From NCBI GenBank assembly GCA_963795525.1, contig CAWCIA010000004.1, forward strand, positions 108,989-172,988: 64,000 nt of DNA, read 5' to 3'. Numbering within the stretch: the first letter of the stretch is position 1; each line of letters starts with the position of its first letter. This document shows positions 9,727 to 21,341 of the stretch, piece after piece. The position numbers and the translations under genes are program-made. Below the pieces are notes generated by a model. That model worked only from the letters and a program-made list of their open reading frames with translations. It ran no database searches and was not told the origin of the DNA. Origin of the DNA: an uncultured Solirubrobacterales bacterium. GTDB lineage: Bacteria; Actinomycetota; Thermoleophilia; Solirubrobacterales; Solirubrobacteraceae.

Positions 9727-9924
9727 TCACGACCTCTGCTCGAGCGAGAAGAGACGCTCCAGCTCATTGATCTTCGCGCGCGTGACCGCGTCCTCACCGC
9801 GCACCGTGAAGGGAACTCCGGTGCGCAGCTCGAGCGAGCGGCGCTGGGCGTAGTCGAGCTCTCCCAAGACGCGGCGGACGCGCCTGATGAGGTGGCGGCT
9901 ACGGTGTGATGTCGTGCTCGTCAT
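9727..9924 (-). CDS. Small basic hypothetical protein (65 aa)
   Basis: ATG at 9924 preceded by AGGAG with about 7-nt spacing. MTSTTSHRSRHLIRRVRRVLGELDYAQRRSLELRTG... I recognise no domain. Confidence 0.45.
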   Translation of the reverse strand: MTSTTSHRSRHLIRRVRRVLGELDYAQRRSLELRTGVPFTVRGEDAVTRAKINELERLFSLEQRS

Positions 9925-10054
9925 GGTCGACTCCTGTGGTTGCGATGGTCGCGTGCACCACTCAATCTGAGCTAAGACACGCCGAAGCACATCGGCAATT
10001 TGGAGTCAATCCGGCACCGCTTCCCCTTAGGCGGCGCGTTGAGGCCTTACCCCC

Positions 10055-10879
10055 TCAGCCCAGCGAGATGAGGGCAATCCCCGCCACCACGACGACCGCC
10101 CCGAGGACCCGTCCGCGGCCGACGTGCTCGCGACCGCTCACGGCGAGAAACACCGTGGCGATGACCACGCTTGACTCGCGGACCGCCGCCACCGACGCGG
10201 CCGGGGCGAGCTTCAACGCGCCCAGCGTCAGCGCATACGCGCCGAAGAAGCCGATGCCGGCGATCGCCACCGAGACGCTCAACGCCGCGCGGAGCGCCGC
10301 GGCTCCGCGCGCGCGCAACACGCCGAGAAAATAGGCCGCGCCGGTGATGCCGAAGACCAGCTCGAGGTAGGCCACGGGGGCGCCGTGGGTGATGCCGTGC
10401 TTGTCGACGAGCGTGTAGCCGGCAATGCAGGCGCCCACCGCGAGGGCGAGGGCGAGGTCCCGCGGGCGACCCGAGGCGCGCAGGCCGCGGACGAGCACGA
10501 TGCCTCCGGCCACCAGGAGCACCCCGACGGCCGCCGCGGGCGAGACGCGCCCACCGAGCGCGATCACGCTGGCCGCGAGCACGAGCACCGGACCGGTGCC
10601 GCGGGCCACGGGATAGACGAAGCTCATCGCCGCCCCTGCGTACGCGCTCGCCAGGAGGACGAGGTAGAGGAGCTCGAGCGAGCTCGAGCCGGCGATGTAG
10701 GGCAGCGCCGCGCCGTGGAGCCGCCAGCTCAGGACGGCGACCGGCAAGAAGACGACGGTGCCGATCGCCACCGCGACCGCGGTTGCGCTATGGGTGTCCT
10801 CGGCGCCGGATAGGAGCAGATTCCACCCGGCATGCACGAGCGCTGCGGCCAGCGTGAGCAGGAGCGCGGCGGTGGACAT
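10055..10879 (-). CDS. EamA/DMT-family transporter
   Basis: 274 aa, about 10 hydrophobic segments, duplicated EamA-like halves, Gly/Ala-rich helices. Confidence 0.8.
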   Translation of the reverse strand: MSTAALLLTLAAALVHAGWNLLLSGAEDTHSATAVAVAIGTVVFLPVAVLSWRLHGAALPYIAGSSSLELLYLVLLASAYAGAAMSFVYPVARGTGPVLVLAASVIALGGRVSPAAAVGVLLVAGGIVLVRGLRASGRPRDLALALAVGACIAGYTLVDKHGITHGAPVAYLELVFGITGAAYFLGVLRARGAAALRAALSVSVAIAGIGFFGAYALTLGALKLAPAASVAAVRESSVVIATVFLAVSGREHVGRGRVLGAVVVVAGIALISLG

Positions 10880-10983
10880 CGCGCGGCGAGCTTACGCGGA
10901 AGATCGCGACGCCACGGCCCGTTGTTGCCTTGGACAGGCCCTGCACGGGTGCCACGGACGGACGGACCGGGAGTCTTCATTCA

Positions 10984-11742
10984 ATGGGCAAAGGCAAGTT
11001 GATCGCGGCGCTCGTTGCAGCATCGATGTTGTGCACGGCGGCCCCCGCAGCGGCCGGCATCCTTCCCACGGGACAGTGGGACCTCAACGAGAACACGGGC
11101 TCGGTCGCCCACAACGACGCTTTCTGGTCCAGCGGCCCGGGCACGCTCTCGGGCGGCGTGAGCTGGGCGTCCGGACGCTTCCGGTCGGGCCTCAGCTTCG
11201 TCGGCACCGACGGCGCCGTCGAGGTGCCGGACAGTTCGTCGCTCGAGGGCTCGAGGATCAGCGTGAGCGCGTGGGTGGAGAACACCGGTAGCCCTGGCCA
11301 GTACCGATATGTCGTCGCCAAGGGCGGAAACGGTTGCTGCACCGGGTCCTACGGCCTCTACACCGGCATCAACGGCGGGCTCGAGTTCTACGTGGCTACG
11401 AGCTTGACCGACTACGTCGTCTCGCCCGACGCCGGAACCGGCATCTGGGACGGGAAGTGGCACAACGTCATCGGCACGTATGACGGGTCGACCGTGCGCC
11501 TCTATGTCGATGGCCGGGAGGTCGGCAGCGGCAGCCCGGACGCGGCCCCGATCCAGTACGACCTACCGACGAGCAACGACCTCGCCATCGGAAATTACCC
11601 GTGGTGCTCTGGACTCGGCTTCCAGGGGACGATCGACGAGGTGAAGGTGTTCGACCGGGCCCTAGGGCCCTGGGAGATCTCCCTCGCCTACCTAGCCTCC
11701 CGGCAGCTGCCCGCCGGGTCACCGTTCGATCTGATCCTCTGA
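10984..11742 (+). CDS. Secreted LamG (concanavalin-A-like lectin) domain protein
   Basis: Start at MGKGKLIAALVAASMLCTAAPAAAG (signal peptide). LamG_3-like WHNVIGTYDGSTVRLYVDGREVG and GTIDEVKVFDRAL. Confidence 0.75.
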   Translation: MGKGKLIAALVAASMLCTAAPAAAGILPTGQWDLNENTGSVAHNDAFWSSGPGTLSGGVSWASGRFRSGLSFVGTDGAVEVPDSSSLEGSRISVSAWVENTGSPGQYRYVVAKGGNGCCTGSYGLYTGINGGLEFYVATSLTDYVVSPDAGTGIWDGKWHNVIGTYDGSTVRLYVDGREVGSGSPDAAPIQYDLPTSNDLAIGNYPWCSGLGFQGTIDEVKVFDRALGPWEISLAYLASRQLPAGSPFDLIL

Positions 11743-11868
11743 AAGGGGGGCGGCCGGCGCGGGCTCGCATCGCGCCGGTCGCACCCACCCTCCCACGCGA
11801 CGATTCGATCTAGGTCCGGGGTCCGTCGGATCCTGGACTGCTTCCAGGCTCGCTAGAGTCCGCCATCC

Positions 11869-14522
<2,654 letters not shown>

Positions 14523-14608
14523 CCCGTCCGTCTGCCTTGGCACGACCTCGGCACCGGCGGTAGGCTTCGCCGCGTCCGAGAAGCCGTCACCGCGGGTAGG
14601 AGGCGTAC

Positions 14609-16366
14609 ATGGCGAACGTGGCTGGCCCCCAGACGGTCCAAACCTCACCGTCGGCGGCGCTCGACGCCGACGGACTCGACCGCAGCGTCGGGTTCCTCGG
14701 CCTCCTCTGGGCGTCCGAGACTTCGATCATCGGCTCCGGCTGGCTGTTCGGCGCCCTCGGCGCGGCCGTGCTCGCCGGGCCTTCGGCGATCTTCGGCTGG
14801 GTCCTCGGCTCCGTCATCATCCTGCTGCTCGCGCTCGTCCATGCCGAACTGGGGGGGCTGTTTCCCGTCAGCGGCGGCACGAGCCGCTTCCCCCACTACG
14901 CCTTCGGCAGCTTCGCCGGCGCGACCTTCGGCTGGGCCTCCTACCTGCAGGCCGCGAGCGTGGCTCCCATCGAGGTCCTGGCTGCGGTTCAGTATCTCTC
15001 CACGGCGCACTGGGCGCGGCATTTCTTCCGCGCAAGCAAGGCAGCCGGCTCCGCCGGGGGAACTTTGCACGGCTATGGCTACCTGGCTGCGGCGATCCTG
15101 CTGCTCCTGTTCGTGATCATCAACATCGTCGGAATCCGCTACTTCGCCCGGATCAACAACGCGATCACCACCTGGAAGGTCGCGATCCCGGTGGTCACGA
15201 TCCTGATCCTGCTCATCGGGCACTTCCACGGCTCCAACTTCGGCCACGCCGCCGGCGGCTTCTTCACCAGCCACAACGCGTTCAAGAACATCCTCCTCAC
15301 GCTGCCGGCCGGGATCATCTTCTCGCTGCTCGGCTTCGAGCAGGCGGTGCAGCTCGGCGGGGAGTCAGCCAACCCTGGGCGCGACTTGCCGCGGGCCGTG
15401 ATCCTGTCGATCCTGATCGGCGCGGCCGTGTACATCCTGGTCCAGGTGGCATTCATCGGCGCGATGAAGCCGAGTCTGCTGACCTCGCAGCACGGCTGGA
15501 CGAACCTCGGTCCGGGCAACACCAACGCCACCGTGACCTCGCTCAACGCCGGGCCCTTCTTCACGCTGGTCAGCATCGCCGGGATCTCCTGGCTGGCCAC
15601 GGTGCTGCGCATCGACGCCGTCGTCTCCCCGGGCGGGACCGGCCTGATGTACGAGACCGCCTCGGCGCGTCTGACCTACGGCCTCAGCAAGAACGGCTTC
15701 GTCCCGACCGCCTTCGAGCGCGTCAACAACTCCCGGGTGCCGGTGTTCGGCGTGATCGTCGCAACGCTGATCGGAGTCCTGTTCCTGCTGCCGTTCCCGA
15801 GCTGGGCCAAGCTCGTCGGCATCGTCACCAGCGCTTCGGTGTTCATGTACGCCGGAGCGCCCGTCGCGCTCGGCGCGCTGCGCCGACAGAAGCCGGAGCT
15901 ACCGCGGACCTACCGGCTGCCCTTGGCGGAGATCCTCTCGCCCCTGGCCTTCGCGGGTGCGGGCTGGGTGATCCTGTTCTCGGGGTGGCAGATCTACAGC
16001 ACTCTGGTCGCGGCGCTGCTGCTCGGCTACGCCCTCATATGGCTCTCGTACGCGGGCAAGCTCAACCCGAGGGCGCCGGCGATGGACTGGCAAGCCGCGC
16101 CATGGATCATCACCTGGATCATCGGCATGGGCGTGGTCTGCTACCTGAGCCCGTTTGACCCGGGCGGGATCATCGGCGGCATCGGACCGTTCAAGCACGT
16201 ACTCGACAAGGGCGGCACCGGTGACATCAGTCTGTGGGCCAGCATCATCGCCTCCGGGCTGTTCAGCCTGATCATCTACTACTGGGCGGTCTACACGTGC
16301 CTGCCCCCGGACAAGATCGACGAGTACGTGGCCGATGTCTATCCGCCGGCGGTGGCCGGCGAGTAG
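14609..16366 (+). CDS. APC-superfamily amino acid/polyamine permease
   Basis: 585 aa, RBS GGTAGGAGG, 12 or more TM segments, APC-like N-terminal GSGWLFG motif. Confidence 0.8.
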   Translation: MANVAGPQTVQTSPSAALDADGLDRSVGFLGLLWASETSIIGSGWLFGALGAAVLAGPSAIFGWVLGSVIILLLALVHAELGGLFPVSGGTSRFPHYAFGSFAGATFGWASYLQAASVAPIEVLAAVQYLSTAHWARHFFRASKAAGSAGGTLHGYGYLAAAILLLLFVIINIVGIRYFARINNAITTWKVAIPVVTILILLIGHFHGSNFGHAAGGFFTSHNAFKNILLTLPAGIIFSLLGFEQAVQLGGESANPGRDLPRAVILSILIGAAVYILVQVAFIGAMKPSLLTSQHGWTNLGPGNTNATVTSLNAGPFFTLVSIAGISWLATVLRIDAVVSPGGTGLMYETASARLTYGLSKNGFVPTAFERVNNSRVPVFGVIVATLIGVLFLLPFPSWAKLVGIVTSASVFMYAGAPVALGALRRQKPELPRTYRLPLAEILSPLAFAGAGWVILFSGWQIYSTLVAALLLGYALIWLSYAGKLNPRAPAMDWQAAPWIITWIIGMGVVCYLSPFDPGGIIGGIGPFKHVLDKGGTGDISLWASIIASGLFSLIIYYWAVYTCLPPDKIDEYVADVYPPAVAGE

Positions 16367-16398
16367 CTCCGCGCCCGGAGGCCAGGGTCACAGCATCC

Positions 16399-16506
16399 AT
16401 GGATCAGGCGATCGTCGAGTACATCGAGGCGATCCCGCCGGAGCATCGCGCGCTCTTCGAGCGTGTTCACCAACTCATCCTCGAGGCCTGCCCGACGGCG
16501 ACCGTG
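16399..16506 (+). pseudogene. N-terminal stub (about 36 codons) of a DUF1801/YdhG-like gene
   Basis: MDQAIVEYIEAIPPEHRALFERVHQLILEACPTATV resembles the N-terminus of DUF1801 proteins. The similarity then stops and the frame runs into the tRNA. Confidence 0.35.
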
Positions 16507-16556
16507 AGCAGCCGTCGGACGAGCCCCTCGTCGATCTCGAGCTCGTCGATGTGCAT
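16506..16556 (-). pseudogene. N-terminal stub (about 17 codons) of an aminoglycoside/macrolide phosphotransferase-like gene
   Basis: Minus-strand ATG at 16556 gives MHIDELEIDEGLVRRLL, which resembles the APH-family N-terminus (..ID..LVRRLL..QFP). The frame terminates after 29 codons. Confidence 0.25.
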
Positions 16557-16599
16557 CCTCGCCGCGGGCAAAGCGTCGTCCGGTGGCACTTGCGTTCAG

Positions 16600-16688
16600 C
16601 GGAGAGGGAGGGATTCGAACCCTCGATGGACGAAACCGCCCATACCGGTTTTCGAGACCGGCGCATTCAACCGCTCTGCCACCTCTCC
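16600..16688 (-). tRNA. tRNA-Ser (anticodon CGA)
   Basis: Hand-folded. Acceptor GGAGAGG/CCTCTCC, D-arm GCA/TGC, anticodon stem CCGGT/ACCGG with loop CTCGAAA, long variable arm, T-arm GAGGG-TTCGAAT-CCCTC, discriminator G, no encoded CCA. Confidence 0.9.
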
Positions 16689-16706
16689 AGGTACGGCACG
16701 CAAAGG

Positions 16707-17171
16707 CTAGCGGCGGGGGCTGAAGAAGGCGCGCAGGAGCGCGGCGGAGTCCTCGGCGAGGAGTCCTGACTGGACCTGGGGCCGGTGGTTGAGGCGGGGC
16801 TCGTCGAGGATGTCGAAAACGCTGCCGGCCGCCCCCGCCTTGGGATCGGGCGCGCCGAAGACGACCCGCGGGACGCGAGCGAGGACGATCGCTCCCGCGC
16901 ACATCGCGCATGGCTCGAGGGTCACGTAGAGGACGGTGTCGAGCACCCGCCAGCTCTCGAGGACGCGCGCGGCCTCGCGCAGAGCGAGCAGCTCGGCGTG
17001 GGCGGTCGGGTCGGACCGCACCTCCCGCTCGTTGTGGGCGGCGGCGATGACCTCGCCGGCGTGGACGACGACCGCCCCGATCGGAACGTCGTCGTGGTCG
17101 AGCGCGAGCGCGGCCTCCCGGAGCGCCAGGCGCATGAAGTACTCATCTCGCGGAAAAAAGACTGAACTCAT
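16707..17171 (-). CDS. tadA: tRNA-specific adenosine deaminase
   Basis: 154 aa, taken from the C-terminal part of a spurious 691-aa ORF. HAE...PCAMCAG zinc motifs. Adjacent to tRNA-Ser, as is typical in actinobacteria. Confidence 0.9.
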   Translation of the reverse strand: MSSVFFPRDEYFMRLALREAALALDHDDVPIGAVVVHAGEVIAAAHNEREVRSDPTAHAELLALREAARVLESWRVLDTVLYVTLEPCAMCAGAIVLARVPRVVFGAPDPKAGAAGSVFDILDEPRLNHRPQVQSGLLAEDSAALLRAFFSPRR

Positions 17172-17261
17172 GCCATAGCTCGCAGAAAAAGGATGTACCT
17201 TTATGGGGTCCGCCCAGTGGGGGCTTTGATGATGGCTTAAGGGCAGGGGCGCCCTCTCTGA

Positions 17262-18803
17262 ATGAAGAATCTCGCGTCTATACGTCGTGCTGTGGCTGCG
17301 GCCGCCGCGTCCGCGACTCTTGCCGCGGGCCTGGGAGCCGGGCTGGGACCGAGCAGCGCGGCCGCCGCGACCCGGACGGGGTACGTGCCCGGCGAGATCG
17401 TCGTCGGTTACCGGACGCCCTCGCCCGGCCTGCAGGCCGATGTGGCCACCCGTTCCGGGGCCGGGAGCACGGCCGCCGCCCCAACGCCAGTCGTCGTCCA
17501 CCTCAAGCGAGGCGACACCGAGTCCGCGGCGCTCGCCCGGCTGCGCCGCATGCCAGACGTCGCCTATGCCGAACCCAACTACATCGCTCACCAGTCGGGC
17601 GCCTACATCCCGGACGACCACGGCCGCGGGGCTGCCAGGGGCGACTGGATGCTCCTGCAGTGGAACTTTTTGTCCGGCGTGGGGGTCGACGCCCCGCTCG
17701 CCTGGGCCAACCTCATCCGTGACGGCGCCCCCGGCGGCCGCGGAGTCACCGTGGCGATCCTCGACACGGGGGTCGCGTTCAAGAACTGGACGGACCCCTC
17801 GACGCACGAGCACTTCGCCCAGTCCCCCGACTTCGCCGGCACCCGCTTCGTCGATCCGTGCGACCTCGTGGCGGGCTCCATCGTCGGCCGCCGCCGCGGT
17901 CAGATCGTGGCAAGCTCGCGCTGCACCAACCCGCGCCCGCTGGACCGCGAGGGGCACGGCACCTTCGTGGCCGGCATCGTCGCCGAGGCGACGAACAACC
18001 TCGTCGGCGTCACCGGGCTGGCCTACGGCGCGGCGATCATGCCCGTCCGCGTGCTCGACGCCCAGGGCAACGGCGACTCGGCGACGATCGCCGAGGGCAT
18101 CCGCTACGCCGTGACGCACGGCGCCCAGATCATCAACCTGAGCCTCGAGTTCGACCCGACGGGACCCGAGTCGGTCTCCGCCGCCGACATCCCCGACGTC
18201 ATCGGCGCGATCGCCTTCGCCCACGCGCACGGGGTCATGGTCATCGCTGCCTCGGGCAACGACTCCCTGACCACCGGGATCGCCTACCCGGCGGCCGATC
18301 AGCCCGATGTCGTCTCCGTGGGTGCGACGACCCGTGACGGCTGCCTGGCCGACTACTCGGATTCCGGGCCCGGCCTCGACCTCGTCGCCCCCGGCGGCGG
18401 TGAGGACGCGGCCGGCGTGACCGGTGTGGACTGCCGCCCGGGGCAGGACCTCACCCGGGGCGACATCTACCAGATGACCTTCCCCGCCCCCGGCGCCCCG
18501 ACTCGGTTCGGGCTCCCGGACGGCTGGTTCGGCACCTCGATGGCCTCCCCGCACGTCGCCGCCACCGCCGCGCTCATCATCGCCAGCGGCGTGCTCGGCG
18601 CCCACCCGTCCCCGGATGCCGTGCTCGCCCGCCTGGAGCAGACCGCTCAGCAGATCGGGTCCGGCCCATGGCCGAACGCGGTCTACGGCTACGGGCTGCT
18701 CGACGCGGGCGCGGCCACCTCGGGCGCCTCGCAGACCGCCCGGGCCCCCCACAGCGTCCGCGGAGCGCTGACCGCGGGGCACGGCGCGCGCTTCGGGCGC
18801 TGA
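17262..18803 (+). CDS. Secreted S8-family (subtilisin-like) serine peptidase
   Basis: 513 aa with a signal peptide. Catalytic triad motifs [23 protein letters not shown]. Confidence 0.9.
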   Translation: MKNLASIRRAVAAAAASATLAAGLGAGLGPSSAAAATRTGYVPGEIVVGYRTPSPGLQADVATRSGAGSTAAAPTPVVVHLKRGDTESAALARLRRMPDVAYAEPNYIAHQSGAYIPDDHGRGAARGDWMLLQWNFLSGVGVDAPLAWANLIRDGAPGGRGVTVAILDTGVAFKNWTDPSTHEHFAQSPDFAGTRFVDPCDLVAGSIVGRRRGQIVASSRCTNPRPLDREGHGTFVAGIVAEATNNLVGVTGLAYGAAIMPVRVLDAQGNGDSATIAEGIRYAVTHGAQIINLSLEFDPTGPESVSAADIPDVIGAIAFAHAHGVMVIAASGNDSLTTGIAYPAADQPDVVSVGATTRDGCLADYSDSGPGLDLVAPGGGEDAAGVTGVDCRPGQDLTRGDIYQMTFPAPGAPTRFGLPDGWFGTSMASPHVAATAALIIASGVLGAHPSPDAVLARLEQTAQQIGSGPWPNAVYGYGLLDAGAATSGASQTARAPHSVRGALTAGHGARFGR

Positions 18804-18852
18804 GCGTCCCCGCGCGCTTGCACGCCTGAGCTTCCGCGGCCGAGCGTCCCCG

Positions 18853-19299
18853 CTAGGTCGTCCGGACGATGAGCACCGAGCAGGGCGCGTGATGGGAGAC
18901 CTTGTTGGGCACCGAGCCGAGGAGGAAGCGCTTGGCGCCCGTCATGCCCTTGTTGCCGACGACGATCAGGTCGGCGGTCTGCTCCTCGGCCACGTCGAGG
19001 ATCGCGTCGGCGGCGTCCCCCTGACGGGCCACCGTCTCGATCGCCGCGACACCGGCCTCGGCCGCGATCGCGCGGGCGGCATCGAGGAGCTCGAGCACGT
19101 CGGATCGCGGGCCGACGGCCCACTGGGCGTCGTGCGGGGCACCGAGCCGCTCGCGGCGCATGCGCTGATCGGCCACCGGCTCGTATGCACTGACGATGTA
19201 GAGGCGAGCGCCGCTCTGCCGGGCGAGCTCGACCGCGGCGCGCAGCGCGGTCTCCGCCGTGGCGGAGCCGTCGGTGCCGGCGACGATCGAGACGAACAC
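18853..19299 (-). CDS. Universal stress protein (UspA family)
   Basis: 148 aa. ATP-binding-type motif [31 protein letters not shown]. Confidence 0.85.
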   Translation of the reverse strand: MFVSIVAGTDGSATAETALRAAVELARQSGARLYIVSAYEPVADQRMRRERLGAPHDAQWAVGPRSDVLELLDAARAIAAEAGVAAIETVARQGDAADAILDVAEEQTADLIVVGNKGMTGAKRFLLGSVPNKVSHHAPCSVLIVRTT

Positions 19300-19304
19300 G
19301 GCGA

Positions 19305-19391
19305 TCAGGCGAGCTTCGTGATGGCGATCACGATGCCCACGAAGACAAACACGACGATCGCCACCTGCGTCCAGAACCAGTGTCGCGGCAT
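19305..19391 (-). CDS. Candidate 28-aa single-TM micropeptide
   Basis: MPRHWFWTQVAIVVFVFVGIVIAITKLA. It exactly fills the gap between the metallophosphoesterase stop (19403) and the usp start (19299). Below the ORF-track threshold. Confidence 0.3.
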   Translation of the reverse strand: MPRHWFWTQVAIVVFVFVGIVIAITKLA

Positions 19392-19402
19392 CGGCGCCTA
19401 CG

Positions 19403-20449
19403 CTAGCGCGAGGCCCGCCGGCGGCGAGGTCCGGCGCGATGGAGCTCGGCCGGGGCGAGATCGTCGAGCAGTCCCACCGCGCGGGGATCCTGGCCCTCGT
19501 CGAGGACCACGGCGCCGCCCGGCCAATAAGGGTGCGGAGGGGTCGCGTGGTGCAGGAGGAGCGGCTCGTAGACCCATGAGCCGCAATTGAAGAGCCGCAT
19601 CGCGCCGGTCGGTCCCACCCACCCGGCGGCGTCGTCGTCCGGCAGCGGGCCGAGCCGGTGGACGTGTCCGAAGATCACATTCTGCGCGTCGATCCCGAGA
19701 CGGTGGACGACGCGCGCGAGGGCGGGGACGCTGGCGCGGCGCATCTGGAACCCGAGGGCAGAGGAGATGGCCGGGGAGAAGCGCGGCGAAAGCAGGCGGC
19801 GGGGCGCGGCGGGCATCGTCGCCGCCCGGGCGAGCTCGAGCAGTTCGTTCAGCGGCCAGCGCAGAGCGGCGGGAAGGACGGCTTGGAGCCGAGTGAGCGA
19901 AGGGCCGCCGGCCCCCTCGTAATCCTCGGCGCGGGCGCCGTCGCGCGGAAGGCGGCCGAGCAAGCCGCGCGCCACCCCGTAGGAGGAGTCAGGGAGGAGG
20001 TGGCGGTCGAGGTAGTGGCCGTGCATCGCCCAGAGCCCGGGCGCGAGCCACACGCCGGGGTAGTGGACGCGAACGCGCGCAGGTGCGAAGCACGCGACGA
20101 GCCGGGCCAGCTCGGGCGAGGCATCGAGTGGGACCCGCGCGTCGACCGCCAGCGGCTCGGTCCGGGCATCGAGCCAGCGCTCGACGAGCCGCCGGTCGTG
20201 ATTGCCCGGGACGTAGACGACCTCGGCCTCCGGCCCGAGGCGCGCGCCGATAGCTCGTAATACCGGCTCGGCCACAGCCATGGTCGAGCGGGCCGACCGC
20301 TCGAGGAGCTCGATCGCGTCACCGAGGAGCACAAGCCGGTCGACATCCTGCAGCGCGGCGAGCAGATGCTCCCGCGGGCGCGGCAGCTCCAGCACCGCGT
20401 GCCGCGGCCCCGCCCCAAGATGGAAGTCCGAGACCACGAGCGTGCGCAC
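19403..20449 (-). CDS. Calcineurin-like metallophosphoesterase
   Basis: 348 aa. SDFHLG, GDAIELLE, PGNHD, FGHVHR motifs in canonical order. Confidence 0.8.
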   Translation of the reverse strand: MRTLVVSDFHLGAGPRHAVLELPRPREHLLAALQDVDRLVLLGDAIELLERSARSTMAVAEPVLRAIGARLGPEAEVVYVPGNHDRRLVERWLDARTEPLAVDARVPLDASPELARLVACFAPARVRVHYPGVWLAPGLWAMHGHYLDRHLLPDSSYGVARGLLGRLPRDGARAEDYEGAGGPSLTRLQAVLPAALRWPLNELLELARAATMPAAPRRLLSPRFSPAISSALGFQMRRASVPALARVVHRLGIDAQNVIFGHVHRLGPLPDDDAAGWVGPTGAMRLFNCGSWVYEPLLLHHATPPHPYWPGGAVVLDEGQDPRAVGLLDDLAPAELHRAGPRRRRASR

Positions 20450-20533
20450 GCGGGCTCACGATATCTGGCCCTCCGAAACACAAACGGCCGGGCTCAGCGC
20501 CGGGCCATCCAGGCGATGTGTCTCGGCGTGGGC

Positions 20534-21223
20534 TCAGACGGTCGTGACGTGCTCGCGGAAGCCGAGCTCGACGCCGCGCGGCACCACGAGCACAGGCGCT
20601 GCCGAATCCTCCATGGCGTTCTGCGCCTGGGCGGTCACCATGACCCGGCCCTCGGGCGCCTCGGGCCGCGAGCCGACGACGAGCAGGTCGAAGCGGGCCT
20701 CGGCGCTGGTCAGCTGGGCGCCGAGCGCGTCGGCGAGCGAGCGGGCCGTCATGAGCGCCGAATCGTCACCCGCGCCGGCGAGGACGCCGATCGTGCGGAC
20801 CTCGTGCTCTCGGCGAGCTCGGAAGTTCGCCGGCGCGATGGCGACCGCGGCCGCGCCACCCTCGAGCAGGTGCTGCGCCGAGCGCTGGGGCGACACCCGC
20901 CCGGCTGCGGTTCGGTAGTCGGAGCCGAAGACGACGATGTCGGCGCGCTCGCGCTCGGCCAGCCACCCGAGGCCCTCGCCGGTGGACGCGCTCACGACGA
21001 CCGTGCGGCGGACGTCAAGGTCTCCGAGCCAGCGGGCGCCGCGCTCGAGCAGGGCCTGAGCCTCCTGCTCCTCGAGTTCCTCGCGGGCGCGCTCGACTTG
21101 GATCGTGTGGCGCACGTAGACGAGCGAGAGCTGCGCGCCGGCGTCCGCGAGGAGGCGGCCGAAGGCGAGCGCGTCGTGGTCGTTGAGCGTGTCGTCGTAG
21201 GAGATGATCGCGTGGGTTGCCAT
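20534..21223 (-). CDS. Universal stress protein family protein (extended/tandem type)
   Basis: 229 aa. Usp-like N-terminal domain (HAIISYDDTLNDHDAL...VVFGSDYRTAAGRV) plus a second partial Usp-like half. Confidence 0.65.
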   Translation of the reverse strand: MATHAIISYDDTLNDHDALAFGRLLADAGAQLSLVYVRHTIQVERAREELEEQEAQALLERGARWLGDLDVRRTVVVSASTGEGLGWLAERERADIVVFGSDYRTAAGRVSPQRSAQHLLEGGAAAVAIAPANFRARREHEVRTIGVLAGAGDDSALMTARSLADALGAQLTSAEARFDLLVVGSRPEAPEGRVMVTAQAQNAMEDSAAPVLVVPRGVELGFREHVTTV

Positions 21224-21341
21224 ATTCCGGTCCTCCGGGTGAGGTCGTGCCGATGGGTCTCGGGTCAGGTCTTCAGTTCGGCAGAGGATCGCAATGGCCT
21301 TATATCAGTGCCAGTGAAGTTACTCATCGACTCGATAAGAT

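Noticed and set aside
21224-21341. AT-rich usp/LysR divergent region with CTTAT...ATAAG and T-N11-A-like strings, considered as a LysR box.
   Set aside because: Several alternative T-N11-A matches exist, none is a convincing dyad, and the 5-bp arms are 31 nt apart. I cannot support a specific site from sequence alone.
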